A stretch of DNA of 64,000 nucleotides, taken from positions 448,001 to 512,000 of the IMG/VR virus record IMGVR_UViG_3300037484_000435; one strand, written 5' to 3'. Position 1 is the stretch's first letter, and the number at the start of each line of letters is the position of its first letter. A program made the translations under genes and the position numbers. The DNA comes from a virus (lineage: Duplodnaviria; Caudoviricetes). Of the stretch, positions 63,158 through 64,000 are shown piece after piece. The notes below the pieces were generated by a model, which was not told the origin of the DNA, ran no database searches, and worked only from the letters and a program-made list of their open reading frames with translations.

Positions 63158-63727
63158 ATGAATTTCGTTGAGGCTTTAAAAATGTGGGTAGCGTGTGGTC
63201 TTCTTAACAACGCCATCACAAACAGTACAGAAAGCACTCCTAGACATTACTATGTGCACAGTGGGGGCTTTATGCATTCATGTTATTCTAGTGGTGAAAC
63301 CGGTAATGCTTTGGCACTTTACGCAGAAGAGTTGATTGAGGACAACTGGAAAGTCATTCCAGTATGCCCTGTTTGTTATAAACCAGTACGCCCACATGAG
63401 GTTGGTTATCCTTCAGACATGATACATGTTCCTAGGTGTGATGGGCAAAAAGTAAGGGCTTGGTTTTGTTGTGAAGACCATAAAGTTTCATTTATGAATA
63501 CCAAGAACCTAAGTATGGAACAAACTTATCAGAGACTGGTTCGGGAAGGAAAACGGACTAAATGTCCCCCAACAACAGATTTCTCACCTACAGAACATTC
63601 ATCCCAAAATTTTGGGGATACTTTAGGAGAAATCCGAGATATGTTTGTTCAGTTTGCTGCCCAGATGGAACAGATATTGGGTAAGCACCATAAGGTAAGT
63701 GACCACGGGTACACCAAGGAAGTGTGA
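63158..63727 (+). CDS. DUF2829/Tad2-like N-terminus fused to a zinc-finger/helical region
   Basis: MNFVEAL...EELIEDNWKVI; then CPVC...CDG...CC. Confidence 0.55.
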   Translation: MNFVEALKMWVACGLLNNAITNSTESTPRHYYVHSGGFMHSCYSSGETGNALALYAEELIEDNWKVIPVCPVCYKPVRPHEVGYPSDMIHVPRCDGQKVRAWFCCEDHKVSFMNTKNLSMEQTYQRLVREGKRTKCPPTTDFSPTEHSSQNFGDTLGEIRDMFVQFAAQMEQILGKHHKVSDHGYTKEV

Positions 63728-63729
63728 TA

Positions 63730-64000
63730 ATGGAAATTAAAACATTAGAAGTAAGGGACAGAGCAACCTTCATTCCTGTAATCGCAGTGCGGGTTGTCCC
63801 ACGCAGTTCCTCGGAGAAATACTTGTGGAACAGGGCAGGTTTTAATACGGACAGCGGGTCCAGTCTAATCCTGCTAGGAAGGATAAACGACCTACATTTA
63901 GAGTTTTTCCCACCTGTTTGGTCTAACAGAACAATGTCCACAGTACATGAGTATCTACAGAATTCGTGGGACGAGGTGGAGACTGGGCAGGTGCTCGATG
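63730..64000 (+). CDS. Hypothetical protein (truncated by the window end)
   Basis: MEIKTLEVRDRATFIPVIAV..., open to the end. Confidence 0.7.
   Translation, partial: MEIKTLEVRDRATFIPVIAVRVVPRSSSEKYLWNRAGFNTDSGSSLILLGRINDLHLEFFPPVWSNRTMSTVHEYLQNSWDEVETGQVLD

Noticed and set aside
1-64000. CRISPR array
   Set aside because: No regularly spaced identical repeats; the hairpin family is dispersed and variable.
1-64000. Stop-codon recoding
   Set aside because: Long conserved enzymes (NadE, RtcB, CCA, PncB) are intact under code 11, and TAG/TGA are used as normal stops.

Overview
64-kb segment of a large lytic-type dsDNA bacteriophage (standard genetic code, no structural genes in view) with two divergent, tightly packed arms: minus strand 1-36.2 kb and plus strand 36.5-64 kb. 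Most ORFs are small hypotheticals. Recognisable content: (i) a clustered NAD(P)+ salvage pathway nadD, pncB (nicotinate PRTase), glutamine-dependent nadE and NAD kinase (44.6-52.2 kb), which differs from the described phage NARP1/NARP2 routes; (ii) other probable counter-defence genes (T4 gp30.3-like NADAR, three DUF2829/Tad2-like domains, orphan HicB-like); (iii) an RNA/tRNA repair kit (RtcB, two ATP-dependent RNA ligases, P-loop kinase, CCA-adding enzyme with HD domain, MYG1, YqeY, S4, TYW3-like); (iv) six OMEGA-type loci (3 TnpB, IscB with omegaRNA, IsrB with omegaRNA, one orphan omegaRNA) with no TnpA, plus free-standing LAGLIDADG, HNH and NUMOD3 endonucleases; (v) a family of seven G-rich-loop hairpin elements that look like phage-specific promoters, one split by a TnpB whose guide therefore matches its sibling copies; (vi) several highly structured non-coding stretches in the first 6.6 kb, including an anticodon-arm-less tRNA mimic; (vii) a tandem array of five novel Cys/His-rich mini-domains. 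All family calls come from motif recognition by eye; no database searches were run.
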